A stretch of DNA of 64,000 nucleotides, taken from an uncultured Chloroflexia bacterium (GTDB lineage Bacteria > Chloroflexota > Chloroflexia > Thermomicrobiales > UBA6265). The stretch spans positions 320,001 through 384,000 of the forward strand of contig CAVRUC010000013.1 of assembly GCA_963724295.1 (NCBI GenBank). Direction: 5' to 3'. The notes below the pieces were generated by a model. The model made no database searches. It was not told the origin of the DNA and saw only the letters and a program-made list of their open reading frames with translations. A program made the position numbers and the translations under genes. Shown here in pieces: positions 52,671-62,841 of the stretch. Numbering within the stretch: position 1 is the stretch's first letter; every line of letters begins with the position of its first letter.

Positions 52671-52877
52671 GGTCGGAAGTCGGAAGTCGGAAGTCGGAAG
52701 TGAGCCGGCGAGACGGCAAGACGGCTGCAAGAAGACGGCAAGTACGAGCGTCGTCGAGGAGGCGAGGAGGCGAGGAGGCGAGAAGTAACCTCGTCGCTCT
52801 CCTTCACCCCCTGAGGCGGTGAAACCGCCGCCACCCCCTGAGCGAAGCGGCACCCCCTGAGCGAAGTGGCACCCCCT
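52671..52877. repeat. Tandem repeats: GTCGGAA x4, GACGGCAA, GGCGAGGA x3, ~19-bp CACCCCCTGAGCGAAG unit
   Basis: Directly visible in the ATPase-permease intergenic region. Confidence 0.8.
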
Positions 52878-53892
52878 ATCTCCCATCACCCTCGTCGCCC
52901 TCGTACTGGTGCCCGGTGCGGGTCAGGAAGACGTCTTCCAGCGACGCCTGCAACGTGCTGAGATCGGACAAGGTCACGTGCCGGCGCTGGGCAAGGTGCA
53001 GGAGGGCGATCAAGGTCGCCTGGGCGTCGGTCGTACGTAGCTCGAGCGTCTCATGACCGTCGCGATCGCGCAGCTCGGCGGTCACCACGGCTTCCAGTCG
53101 TTGCAGGTCGCCGCGAGCAATGCTCCCTTGCTGCACGGAGGCGCGGACTGTCGCGTCTGCGCCGAGCTGTTGGATCAATGCGCGCGGCGTATCACAGGCG
53201 ACCACCCGGCCGCGGTCCATGATGGCGATGCGGTCGCACAACTGCTCGGCTTCTTCCATATAGTGTGTCGTCAGGACGACCGTCGTCTCGTTTTCGCGGA
53301 TGTCGCGGATCGTCTGCCACAGGGTGCGCCGGGCGGCTGGATCGAGTCCGGTCGTCGGTTCGTCGAGGAACGCGATCCGCGGTGTATTGACGAGCGCCAG
53401 GGCGATAGCCAACCGCTGCTGCTGTCCTCCCGAGAGGGTATTGATTCGTGAGCGCCGCTTCTCCTCCAGCCCGACCAGCTCCAGCAGGCGTTCGACCCGC
53501 GCCGGCGAGGCATCGGCGCCGTAGAGCGCGGCAAACAGCGCGATGATCTCGGTGCAGCTCAGGAAGTCGAAGAGCGCGGTCGACTGCAATTGGACGCCGA
53601 TGACCCGGTGCACCCGCTTCGGCTCGGAGACCGGATCGAAGCCTGCCACCCGTATCTCACCGCTGTCCGGGGCGCGTAACCCTTCCAGCATCTCGAGCGT
53701 CGTTGTCTTGCCGGCGCCGTTGGGACCGAGGATGCCGAAGATCTCGCCCGGCCAGATCGTCAGATCGAGTCCCGCGACGGCTACCATCTCACCGTAGCGT
53801 TTGACGACGTCTCGCGCCGAGATGATCGGCTCGTCCGACCGCGTGAGGACCGAAGCGCGTGCTTCCGCGGTCGCGGTTGCTGAGGAATGCAT
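52876..53892 (-). CDS. ABC transporter ATP-binding protein
   Basis: GPNGAGKTT, LSGGQQQR, FLDEPTTGLD, TTH. Confidence 0.95.
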   Translation of the reverse strand: MHSSATATAEARASVLTRSDEPIISARDVVKRYGEMVAVAGLDLTIWPGEIFGILGPNGAGKTTTLEMLEGLRAPDSGEIRVAGFDPVSEPKRVHRVIGVQLQSTALFDFLSCTEIIALFAALYGADASPARVERLLELVGLEEKRRSRINTLSGGQQQRLAIALALVNTPRIAFLDEPTTGLDPAARRTLWQTIRDIRENETTVVLTTHYMEEAEQLCDRIAIMDRGRVVACDTPRALIQQLGADATVRASVQQGSIARGDLQRLEAVVTAELRDRDGHETLELRTTDAQATLIALLHLAQRRHVTLSDLSTLQASLEDVFLTRTGHQYEGDEGDGR

Positions 53893-54008
53893 CTACGGGA
53901 TCGTCTCGCTCCTCGTGACCTGACGCCTCCGGGCGACATCAGTGTCAGCGACTATAGCGGGAGGACCCGGACGAAGACGAATGGCACGGCTGACGAGAAG
54001 GAGTGGAC

Positions 54009-55341
54009 ATGACGCCGGGGTATCGAACGGGGACAGCGACGGGCAGCGGGCGTGAAAGCGCCAGAAGCCTTCACTGGCTGACACTGGCAGCCGTCCTCGT
54101 CATCCTGCTTTCTGCTGTCGCGCCCGGAGTCTGGACGCATGGGGCCGGTGTCGCTCGCGCGCAAGACGAGGTCGCCGCCGGCGATGTGACGCCGCCGGGT
54201 CAGGTGATCGCGCAAGGGATCGCGCGGCTGCCCCGCGGCGACCTGGCCTGGACCGTGCGCACTGTCACTGTGACCGGGGACGAGCGTACGACGGTCGCAT
54301 CGTTCCCGGTCGGATTCGTCGTCGCCGACGGCGCCACGATCGCGGTCCTGGATGAGCAGGGTGACGTCCTGAACCTTCTGGAGGACGGCGAGGCAGCGTT
54401 CCTCCCCAACGGGAAGGCGGGAGCCCTGGCCAGCTGGGACGACGAGGCAAGCCTGTACGAGGTGGCCCTCGTGTCGGCTGAGGAGGCCAGTGCCGGCGAG
54501 ACTCCCGGCACGGTCGCCGGCAACCCTTTCGCCGCGCCGAAGGGGACCACATTCGACATCGAGATCGCGCGGACGGTACTGGCCCGCGATGACCAGACCA
54601 CGATCCCGATCTCGCCCTCCGGGGCGCCGGTCCTGTACTTGCAGACAGCCGGCGCCGCGCAGTTGCAGGCCGGTGAAAGCCAGCCCGTCGAGCTTGCGGC
54701 CGGACAATTCGCCATGCTCCTGGGCGACGTTACGGCGCGTGGAGCGAGCGACGAGCCGGCCACCTTTCTTGTCGCGGCGATCGGCGAGGAGACCGCCGAG
54801 CGGGATGCCACGGAAGGTACTCCGGAGGCGCGTGCCGGCCGCGAAGAATCGTCAGCGAGCCCGCGATGCGGCGACCGCGAGCGACGGCGCGGCGCGCGCC
54901 AGGCGAGCAAGACGAGTCCGCACCGGCGGTGGCGGTGGCCAGGGCAGCCAGACAGCACCGCAGGGCACGGGCGGCACTGGGGCCGCTCCAGTCAGCGGCG
55001 CGGTCACGCCACCACCCCTGACAGAAGCCCCGGCCGGCACACCGCCGGCGGAGCCCACGGTCGAAGCAACGCTCCCGGTGGAGACGGCGGTTCCCGATGA
55101 GGGGACGCCTCCGCCCGATGCGACGATTCCTCCGGAAGATGAGGTGCCGGGTGACGCAACGGAAACCCCGGACCCGGCGGCGCCACCGGCGGACGGGGTC
55201 CCGACCGAGGAGCCGGCTGGTGATCCGTTGCCGACAGTGGAAGTGCCGCCAGGCGAAGAAACCCCTCCGGGTGACGAAGTGCCGGCCGAGGATCCACCCG
55301 TCGACGAGGAGCCGGTCGCGGAACCGACGGCCGAGGCGTAG
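54009..55341 (+). CDS. Secreted hypothetical protein with Pro/Glu/Thr-rich tail; frameshift around 54860-54920
   Basis: Signal peptide; globular part in ORF 54003 and low-complexity tail in ORF 54490. Confidence 0.65.
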
Positions 55342-55476
55342 GATCGACGCGAGTGGCTGAGTCTCGCTCTCGGGGTTCAGTCGATGGCCTGAACGGCACG
55401 GGTCCCGCAGCCGGCGCGCGGCATCGGGAGCCGGCATAACGGGGCAAATCCGCGCGTCAGGTATCGAGGCGCCGGG

Positions 55477-56704
55477 ATGATCGGGTCTCGTGGTCCACGA
55501 ATCCTGCAGACCGTCGCTCTCGCAGCCGGCATGCTGCTGGCGGTTGGGTATTCGCCATACGGAGCGTCTCCGTCTTCCGCTACCGAACTGCCGGCGACGC
55601 CCACAGCGGTGCGGAGCTCGCCGCTGGTGGTGATCGCCGCGGGTAGCGGAGCCACACCCGACGCCAGCTCGGACATCGTCTGGCTCGTGCAACGAGGGGC
55701 GGCGTCCGGTGAACAGCGCACGGAGCCGGCCGCCTTCCCGCTCGGGTTCGTGCTTGTGGAGCGCGGCACGCTCGTCATCTTCGACGCCAACGGGAGCCCC
55801 ATCACCGAGCTGGGCTCCGGCCGGGCGATCCTGCTGCCGGCGGGTGAGCGGGGTTCATTCGGCAGCGCGAACGGAGACCTCGTGCTCTATGTCCAGATCG
55901 CACTGGTTCCGGTCGCCGCCGTGCCGGGCACGCTACCGCAAGAGATGCTGGCCAGCGAGCCGTTCTCGGCTCCAGGCAGTGCCACCCTCAGCCTCGAGCT
56001 GGTACGAGGCATCATCAATCCCACCCGCAGCGCGGCCTTGCCGGCCGGCGCACTGCCCGCTGCTGCTGGCGACCGACAGCGCGATCCAGCTCGAGACGAC
56101 CTCTGGCGGCAGCGTCGACGTCCCTGATCGCGCAATGGTCCTGCTCGCGGAACCGGCGATCGTTCGCAACCCCGCTCAGCAGCCGGCGACGTTCGTCGTC
56201 GCGCGGAGTGTCACCACGGAGAGCGCAACAACACAGCCCGCGGATCAGTCCAGGCTCGATCCGGCGCTCTCCGATGCCTGGCACCACTACGGGTGCCACC
56301 TCAACCCCGGCAACCCATCCTGCCTGACGATTGGCATCGCCGCCGACTGTGCGATCGACCCGAGCGGTCCCGACTGTCGCGTCGACAGCGATGGCGATCG
56401 CTGCACCGACGTCGCGGAAGCCGAGGCGGGATTCGATCCGTTCGATGCGGCCGACTGCGTCGGCGGCGCCGGCGGGCAACCCGCGATCAACTGCCTCTTT
56501 CTCACCGAGAATCTGGCCTGCAACGGCGACCGCATCGCCGAGCCCCAGGAACCCGAGTGCGCCGCGGAACGGGAGATCCGGCAACGCCGTAGCCCAAGCA
56601 CTCTTTCCGGGTGCGATGGCATCGATCAGCCGCCGCCCGACGCCTGCGCCTACGCCGTTCGCGATCCTGGCTGCGACGGATTCGCGCCGGGTGAGGCGGG
56701 GTGA
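55477..56704 (+). CDS. Secreted hypothetical protein, paralog of the upstream gene, Cys-rich tail; frameshift near 56057
   Basis: FPLGFV matches FPVGFV of the upstream gene; extra C in CCC; 12 Cys in the tail. Confidence 0.65.
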
Positions 56705-56856
56705 TTGCTCCCTGCGGTCGCGATGATTGTTCGCTGCGCTCACGGTGATGGGTGATTACTCGCTGCGCTCGTGGTGATGGGGTGATAGGGAGTCGTGTTC
56801 TCGATCCCCTATCACCCTATGACCCCATCACCCGACCCCCATCACCCATCACCCTC
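56699..56856. repeat. Composite repeat/hairpin element (GGTGATG / CATCACC arms, TCGCTGCGCTC core)
   Basis: Same architecture and 27-bp core as 8507-8630. Confidence 0.75.
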
Positions 56857-56910
56857 GTCTGACCCCCGCCGTATACTCGGACGCCGTCCCGCGGGGAGAA
56901 CGTCATCGCC

Positions 56911-57930
56911 ATGAGCGACGAAATGGAGCAGGTCGCGGTAGGCGGGTCCGGGCCTGGGTCACACACCCACCTCTGGCCGCGGTTGGCCCTCGTCCAAGCA
57001 GTGTTGCTGCTGGCCGCCGTGGCGATCGCCTTGCCCGTCGCGTTTCGCAGCATGGGCATCCTGCTCACGGACGGGCAGGCGCGGACTCTCTACGAGTTCC
57101 CCAGCGGCCAGGCCGCCACCGCGGCCTCCACGCAGGCCCTGGATGAGTCCGAGAGCTATTTCAACATCGCGGCGATCGACCTCGACGAAGATCTGGGCAG
57201 CATCACGCTGGCCATCTCCGGTCACCGTGTGTGCCCGGACGCCGGCTGCTCGACGCTGACGCTCAACCTCACTTCCCTCGAGGACGACGCCGACGTGCGG
57301 CGGGCGCTACCGCCGTCAGCACCGATGACCCTGACGCCCGACCAGGAGATCTTCAGCCAGACCATTCAGCTGCCGGTGCGCGGGCAGCCCAGCCAGTACC
57401 CGTTTGACGATTACCTGCTCTGGCTCGGCCTGTCCGGGACGGTGGTCGAGGGTGGCGAGAAGATCCAGCTCACACCGGGGTTGCTGGCGAAACGCGCCGT
57501 AATCACCACGCAGAACCAGACGCGGGACTATCTGATGGTTCCTCCAGTCCCTATCGACCCAGCGCGAGTCAAGGCGCTCAACGATCCTCAAGAATTTTTT
57601 GGCGTCCAGGAGCTACGCTTCGAACGCCCCGTCCACCAGGAGATCCTGGCCGTGCTGTTGATCCTGCTCATCGCGGTATCGGCGATCATGGCGGTTGCCA
57701 TGCGCAACATGACCGATCTGATCGTCGGGATCGGCAGTCTCATTCTGGGTATCTGGGGCGTGCGCTCGGTCCTGGTACCGTCGTCATTAGCGGTAGTCAC
57801 CAGCATCGACCTGGCCCTGTCCGTGATCATCCTCTTCGTGCTGCTGGGCCTCTCCGTGCGCTCCGCGCTTCACTTCCGCAAACAGAGCGAGCTGCCACCG
57901 GTGACCTGGCGACGACGGTCCCGCGGGTGA
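56911..57930 (+). CDS. Membrane protein, DUF4436-like
   Basis: N-terminal TM, beta-rich extracellular region with YPFD, three C-terminal TMs. Confidence 0.65.
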   Translation: MSDEMEQVAVGGSGPGSHTHLWPRLALVQAVLLLAAVAIALPVAFRSMGILLTDGQARTLYEFPSGQAATAASTQALDESESYFNIAAIDLDEDLGSITLAISGHRVCPDAGCSTLTLNLTSLEDDADVRRALPPSAPMTLTPDQEIFSQTIQLPVRGQPSQYPFDDYLLWLGLSGTVVEGGEKIQLTPGLLAKRAVITTQNQTRDYLMVPPVPIDPARVKALNDPQEFFGVQELRFERPVHQEILAVLLILLIAVSAIMAVAMRNMTDLIVGIGSLILGIWGVRSVLVPSSLAVVTSIDLALSVIILFVLLGLSVRSALHFRKQSELPPVTWRRRSRG

Positions 57931-57932
57931 AA

Positions 57933-58013
57933 CGGGGTGGCGGGGTATCAAGGTGGCAGGGTGGCAGGCACATCCTCCCTGTTACCCTGCCACCCCGCGA
58001 CCCCGCGACCCCC
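57933..58013. repeat. GGTGGCAG / CCCCGCGA octamer hairpin repeat
   Basis: G-rich left arm and complementary C-rich right arm. Confidence 0.65.
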
Positions 58014-58086
58014 GCTGGCCTTGAACTTGCACCTTCATCCAGAACACTGATGGAGCTCGCGTCGATTACCGGAAGCTGGCCCCCGT

Positions 58087-59118
58087 ATGACATCCGTTCA
58101 GCGAACTGACAACGTGCCGCGCGCCGAGGAGACCACAGGTAATCTCCGCGCGATCCCGATGCGGGTCAAGGAGTCGATTTCGAGCGTTCATGCCTCGTTG
58201 CTGGCAACGCATGCCAGTTACGCCGTACTCGTCGAGATCGCCCAGGAGATCCGCCGTCACAAGCCGTCCCACCTTGCCAAGCAATCGGCGTATTCGCTCC
58301 TCTACGCGGTGCCATCTGTGATGATCGTGCTCGTCTCGCTGGCGGCCATCGTCGACAAGAACACAGATGCGGGCGTGTCAGAGGCGCTGCGACGGTTCAT
58401 CTCAGAGCAGGTCCCCGCCGAGCTGCAACCATTGCTGGCATCGTTGGTCCAGCGTGCCGTCGTCGAGACGACCAAGTACGAAGCCATACTGGCGGTGCTC
58501 GTCTCGCTGGGGATCGCTGTCTGGGGTGCCGCTGGCGGTGTCGGCGCCTTGATCGAGGCGGTCAATACCGTCTACGACATCCGCAACACCCGCTCCTTCA
58601 TCAAAGAGATGGCTTTGAAGCTCGGATTGATGCTTCTCGGCGGCACCCTATTGATCGGGTCGTTCATTCTGGTGGCCTACGGTCGGCAGCTTGGCGGGTG
58701 GGTTGCCGGCAAGGTCGGCCGAGGCACGACCCTGGTCAATTTCCTCTCCTCCGGTCCGGTTTGGGCTCTCCTTCTGCTGGCCTGCTCGATGTTCCTGCTT
58801 TACTGGCTGGGACCGGATGTGCGCAAGTCGATTCGCTGGGTGCTTCCCGGCACGGTTCTCGCCACAGCCGCCGTGCTGATCACCTTTGCCGCAATGGACT
58901 TGCTGCTGAGATTCTCGAACCCCGGTTCCGCCTTCGGCGCGGCGGGGAGCGTCTTGATCCTGCTCTGGGCGCTGTTTCTGGTCAGCGCCATCGTCATCGT
59001 GGGCGGGATCGTCAATGCCGTCCTCGGTCGTCGCTACGACCGGCAGCTCCGGGACGCGCTGCGGCAGCCTGAGAAGCGGCTGCCGGGCGGCGAGATTGCG
59101 GTCTCGGAGTACCGCTAA
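58087..59118 (+). CDS. YihY/virulence factor BrkB family membrane protein
   Basis: A...AY..L.A.P, A.N..Y, W.LPG...A, FG..G..LILLW. Confidence 0.85.
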   Translation: MTSVQRTDNVPRAEETTGNLRAIPMRVKESISSVHASLLATHASYAVLVEIAQEIRRHKPSHLAKQSAYSLLYAVPSVMIVLVSLAAIVDKNTDAGVSEALRRFISEQVPAELQPLLASLVQRAVVETTKYEAILAVLVSLGIAVWGAAGGVGALIEAVNTVYDIRNTRSFIKEMALKLGLMLLGGTLLIGSFILVAYGRQLGGWVAGKVGRGTTLVNFLSSGPVWALLLLACSMFLLYWLGPDVRKSIRWVLPGTVLATAAVLITFAAMDLLLRFSNPGSAFGAAGSVLILLWALFLVSAIVIVGGIVNAVLGRRYDRQLRDALRQPEKRLPGGEIAVSEYR

Positions 59119-59129
59119 TCTCGCAACGA

Positions 59130-59330
59130 CCCCTCATCCCCGAGAGACCCCACCTCCCCAACCCCTCTCCGAACGCCCCTCATCCCCGGCCCTTCTCCCC
59201 ATGCGCGGGGAGAAGGGAGGAGAGCAGAGCGGCACAGCGCGAGCCCCTCTCCCAGCGCACAGGGAGAGGGGTTGGGGTGAGGGAGTCTTGAGAGGGGTTA
59301 GGGAGGGTTCTAGAAGGGGCGGGGTGAGGA
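59130..59330. repeat. REP-like CCCTCTCCC/GGGAGAGGG hairpin cluster
   Basis: Hairpins CCCTTCTCCCC-6-GGGGAGAAGGG (59190-59217) and CCCCTCTCCC-8-GGGAGAGGGG (59244-59271). Confidence 0.75.
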
Positions 59331-59434
59331 TTCTTCTCCGCTTCGTCGACTTTCGTCCGCAAACTGCATAGCCCGGCGCTATCATCGAGCGACAGAGCAG
59401 CACCTCGATTCTGGCGATTCGGCTGGAGCACGAA

Positions 59435-61108
59435 ATGGCGCCCGAACAGAACCAGGACACGGCCGCCGCGTGGCGGTTCCACAACGGGACGAAGTACATC
59501 GGCCCGACCGGGCTCCGGGACTACGCGGACGCGGAGATCCTGATGGGCGAGCCTCCTCATCTCGTCCAGGCCATGGGCGAGCAGAACCCCGCCATCGAGC
59601 CGCTCCCCTACAAGATCTACACGACGCTGGAGCCGATACCCCTGCCTCGAGACTTCCCCGCGTCGGACCTTCCCGCGCTCGAAGCGATAGCAGCCACCGG
59701 CGAAATCCAGATCGCCAGCGCGGTTCCAGACCTGAACGCCATCGCCCGGCTCTGTCTCCGCTCCAACGGCCTGCTCAAGCGCTGGCGGAGTCCGTCCGGG
59801 CGTGAATTCGAGTTCCGCGCCGCCGGTTGCACCGGCGCCCGGTACCACCTGGAGCTCTATCTGGTCTGCGGCGAAGTGCCGGGTCTGGAGGCGGGTGTCT
59901 ACCAGTACGCGGCGCACGATCACAGCCTGCGCCAGCTGCGCGGCGGAGACTACCGGGCAGCCGTGGTCGCGGCGACGGGGCAGGAGGCGGCGATTGCCGC
60001 CGCGCCCGTCGTCGCCGTCTGGACGAGCACCTTCTGGCGCAACGCCTGGCGCTACCAGGCCCGCGCCTACCGTCACGTCTACTGGGACACGGCGACCGCG
60101 CTCGCCAACCTTCTGGCCGTGGCCGCCGACGCGCGCCTCCCGACGCGGGTGGTGCTCGGGTTCGCGGATGGTCAGATCAACGCCCTGCTCGACGTCGACG
60201 GCGAGCGGGAGGCGGCCGTGAGCCTCGTCGCCCTTGGCCGGTCAGACGACCCACCGCCGGCCTCGCCTGAGATCCGCCCGCTCTCCCTGCCGACCGCGCC
60301 GCTCTCGGAGCGGGAGATCATCTTTCCCGAGATCGGCACGATCCATGCCGCCTCGTCGCTCGCGTCCGGCGCCGAGGCCAGCGCCTGGCGAGCCGGCGCG
60401 TTCGTACCGGCGATGCCCTCGCCAGGCGAAGCACCCATTCCGCTGCAGCCGCTGGACGCCGCGGCGCTCCCCACCGACCCGATCGATGCCGTGATCGAGC
60501 GCCGGCGCTCCAACCGCCATTACGCGGCGGAGACACCCATCTCGTTCGCGGCGCTCTCGACCATCCTCACCGCGTCCCTGCAGGGCACCGCCACGGACTG
60601 CCTCGTCCCGGGCGCGCCACCACTCTTTACCCCGTACCTGATCGTGAACAATGTCTCCGGTCTGAGCCCGGGTGCCTACGCTGTGCACCCAGGGCAACAG
60701 GCGCTCGAGCAACTGCGAACTGGCGAGATGCACGACACCGCCAGCCGCCTGGCCTGTGATCAGGACTATGCCGCCGACGCGCATGTCAACGCCTACGCGC
60801 TAACGGACCTGGCGCCGGTGCTGGAGCACTTTGGCAACCGCGGCTACCGGGTGGCCCAGCTCGAGGCGGCGCTCTTCGGCGCGAAGCTGCAGCTGGCGGC
60901 GCACGCGCTGGGGCTGGGAGCGGTCGGCTCGACCTCTTTCGACGACGAGGTCACGGCCCACTTTTCCCCGCACGCGGCCGGCAAGAGCTTCATGTTCATC
61001 GCCGTCTTCGGCGCCCGGCGCCGTCCCTCGACATCGGAAGTAGCCCAGAAGAGCACGTTCCTGCAAGTGCAAGGGCAAGGGCACGGGCAAGATCAAGCGC
61101 AGCCTTGA
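59435..61108 (+). CDS. SagB/ThcOx-family tandem nitroreductase-fold dehydrogenase
   Basis: FRAAGCTGARYHLELY, WRYQARAYR..YWD, RRRSNRHY, RGYR..QLEA. Confidence 0.85.
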   Translation: MAPEQNQDTAAAWRFHNGTKYIGPTGLRDYADAEILMGEPPHLVQAMGEQNPAIEPLPYKIYTTLEPIPLPRDFPASDLPALEAIAATGEIQIASAVPDLNAIARLCLRSNGLLKRWRSPSGREFEFRAAGCTGARYHLELYLVCGEVPGLEAGVYQYAAHDHSLRQLRGGDYRAAVVAATGQEAAIAAAPVVAVWTSTFWRNAWRYQARAYRHVYWDTATALANLLAVAADARLPTRVVLGFADGQINALLDVDGEREAAVSLVALGRSDDPPPASPEIRPLSLPTAPLSEREIIFPEIGTIHAASSLASGAEASAWRAGAFVPAMPSPGEAPIPLQPLDAAALPTDPIDAVIERRRSNRHYAAETPISFAALSTILTASLQGTATDCLVPGAPPLFTPYLIVNNVSGLSPGAYAVHPGQQALEQLRTGEMHDTASRLACDQDYAADAHVNAYALTDLAPVLEHFGNRGYRVAQLEAALFGAKLQLAAHALGLGAVGSTSFDDEVTAHFSPHAAGKSFMFIAVFGARRRPSTSEVAQKSTFLQVQGQGHGQDQAQP

Positions 61109-61114
61109 CCGACG

Positions 61115-62563
61115 TCAGTACGCGCGGGCGAAGACCACGCGCCGGTCACTCGTGCCGTCACACATGATGCATGGCCCTGATTCAGGTGGAAGGTCGCGCG
61201 GGATGCAGCGGATCGTCGCCTTTGTCTCCACCTTGATCCGCGCCTCGCAAGCAGACCCACCACACCAGTGAGCCAGCGACCATCCGGCGTTGGCGGCGAC
61301 CCGCAGCGCGAGCTCGTCGTAGGTGTCGACCTCAGCCGTATGCTCGGCAAGCATGTGCTTCGCGGTGGTGAACAGGTCGGCCTGGATTTCGCCGAGCAGC
61401 GCCTCGATCGCCGGCGCTAGCGCGCTGATCGACACGGGCTGCTTTTCTCTCGTGTCGCGCCGGACCACGATCACCTGATCGGCGACCACATCGCGCGGAC
61501 CGACCTCGAGGCGAAGCGGCACCCCTCTCAACTCCCACTCGTTGAACTTGTAGCCGGGTGTGTGATCGCCGCACCAATCGACCCGCACGCGGGCCACAGG
61601 GGCGAGCCGCTCCGCTATGCGCTGGACGGCCTCCTCGACCATTGCCAGATCGCCATCCGTCCGCCAGATCGGGATCACAATCACCTGCACCGGCGCGACC
61701 ACCGGCGGGAGCTTCAACCCCGCGTCGTCGCCGTGAACCATCACCGTTGCGCCCACGGCGCGGTGGCTCAGTCCGAACGACGTGTTGAACGCCCATTTGC
61801 GCTCGCCATCGCGATCGAGGAAGCGGATGTCGAACACCCGCCCGAAATGGTCGCCCAGGTCATGCGACGTGCCAGCCTGTAGCGCCCAGAGCTTGCCGCC
61901 CATCATGGCCTCGACCGTGTGCGTGCGCAGTGCCCCGGCGAACTTCTCCGATTCCGTCTTGATCCCCGGCACGACCGGGATGGCCAGGTCCTCCTCGAAA
62001 AAGCTCCGGTAGACCTCCAGCATCAGACGCGCGCGTTCGTCCGCTTGGGCTCCGGTCGCGTGGCAGGTGTGCCCCTCCTGCCAGAGGAACTCCAGCGTCC
62101 TCAAGAAGGCACGCGGCCGCTCTTCCCAGCGGACGGCATTGCCCCATTGATTGATCAGAATTGGCAGATCGCGGTAGCTCTGCACCCAGCGCGCGTAGCT
62201 CGGGCAGATGATCGCCTCGGAGGTCGGCCGCACCGCCCACGGCTCCTCCAGCTGATGGTCGCCACCGCGGGTGACCCAGGCGACTTCCGGGGCAAACCCC
62301 TGGATGTGCTCGGCCTCCCGCTCCAGCATCGATCGTGGAATGAACAGCGGGAAGTAGGCGTTCTCGACCCCGGTTGCCTTGATCCGCGCGTCGAGCCGCG
62401 CCACCATCAGCTCCCACAATCCGTACCCATACGGCCGGATCACCTTGCAGCCGCGGACCGGCGCGTCGTCCGCGAGCTCTGCCTTCTGCACCACCTCCAC
62501 GTACCAGCGGTCGAAATCATCGTCCTGGTCGATCAGGTCCTCGACGTATCGGCGTTCAGCCAT
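61115..62563 (-). CDS. proS: Proline--tRNA ligase (archaeal/eukaryote-type)
   Basis: RPTSE, NQWGNAVRWE, FLRTLEFLWQEGH, QAGTSH, KATIRCIP, C-terminal ARAY. Confidence 0.96.
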   Translation of the reverse strand: MAERRYVEDLIDQDDDFDRWYVEVVQKAELADDAPVRGCKVIRPYGYGLWELMVARLDARIKATGVENAYFPLFIPRSMLEREAEHIQGFAPEVAWVTRGGDHQLEEPWAVRPTSEAIICPSYARWVQSYRDLPILINQWGNAVRWEERPRAFLRTLEFLWQEGHTCHATGAQADERARLMLEVYRSFFEEDLAIPVVPGIKTESEKFAGALRTHTVEAMMGGKLWALQAGTSHDLGDHFGRVFDIRFLDRDGERKWAFNTSFGLSHRAVGATVMVHGDDAGLKLPPVVAPVQVIVIPIWRTDGDLAMVEEAVQRIAERLAPVARVRVDWCGDHTPGYKFNEWELRGVPLRLEVGPRDVVADQVIVVRRDTREKQPVSISALAPAIEALLGEIQADLFTTAKHMLAEHTAEVDTYDELALRVAANAGWSLAHWCGGSACEARIKVETKATIRCIPRDLPPESGPCIMCDGTSDRRVVFARAY

Positions 62564-62721
62564 GGTCTTCTCCGTGCTCGGAATGCGCCGGTTGGCAACG
62601 CCAGGGGGTCGCTGACCGAAACGGTCAGACCGCTCAGCGCACGTGCACGTGCGTTTTCAGCGCTGGAAACGGCGCGAGATGTGTGGACGAGGAGAGGCGA
62701 AGCCGGAGGTGACGGTCAGGG

Positions 62722-62841
62722 TCACCCCCGGCGAAGAGGCACGGGGAAGCCGCCCGCACCCGTCCCGTGCCAGCGCACGGCGGCAGGCGTTCGCCAGGTG
62801 GAAGCGCGATTGGCGGAAACGAGCTGCTCGAACAACGGCAC
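62722..62841 (-). promoter_or_regulatory. Putative proS leader peptide (39 aa) with attenuator-like hairpins
   Basis: GAGGGA RBS + GTG; ends GFPVPLRRG-stop; stop codon lies in a 12-bp stem. Confidence 0.4.

Noticed and set aside
52671..52877. CRISPR array
   Set aside because: Units are 7-19 bp, essentially tandem without unique 30-40 bp spacers; no cas genes
59435..61108. RiPP (TOMM/thiopeptide) cluster around the SagB-like gene
   Set aside because: No YcaO cyclodehydratase, Cys/Ser/Thr-rich precursor or dedicated transporter nearby; standalone tandem SagB proteins are common
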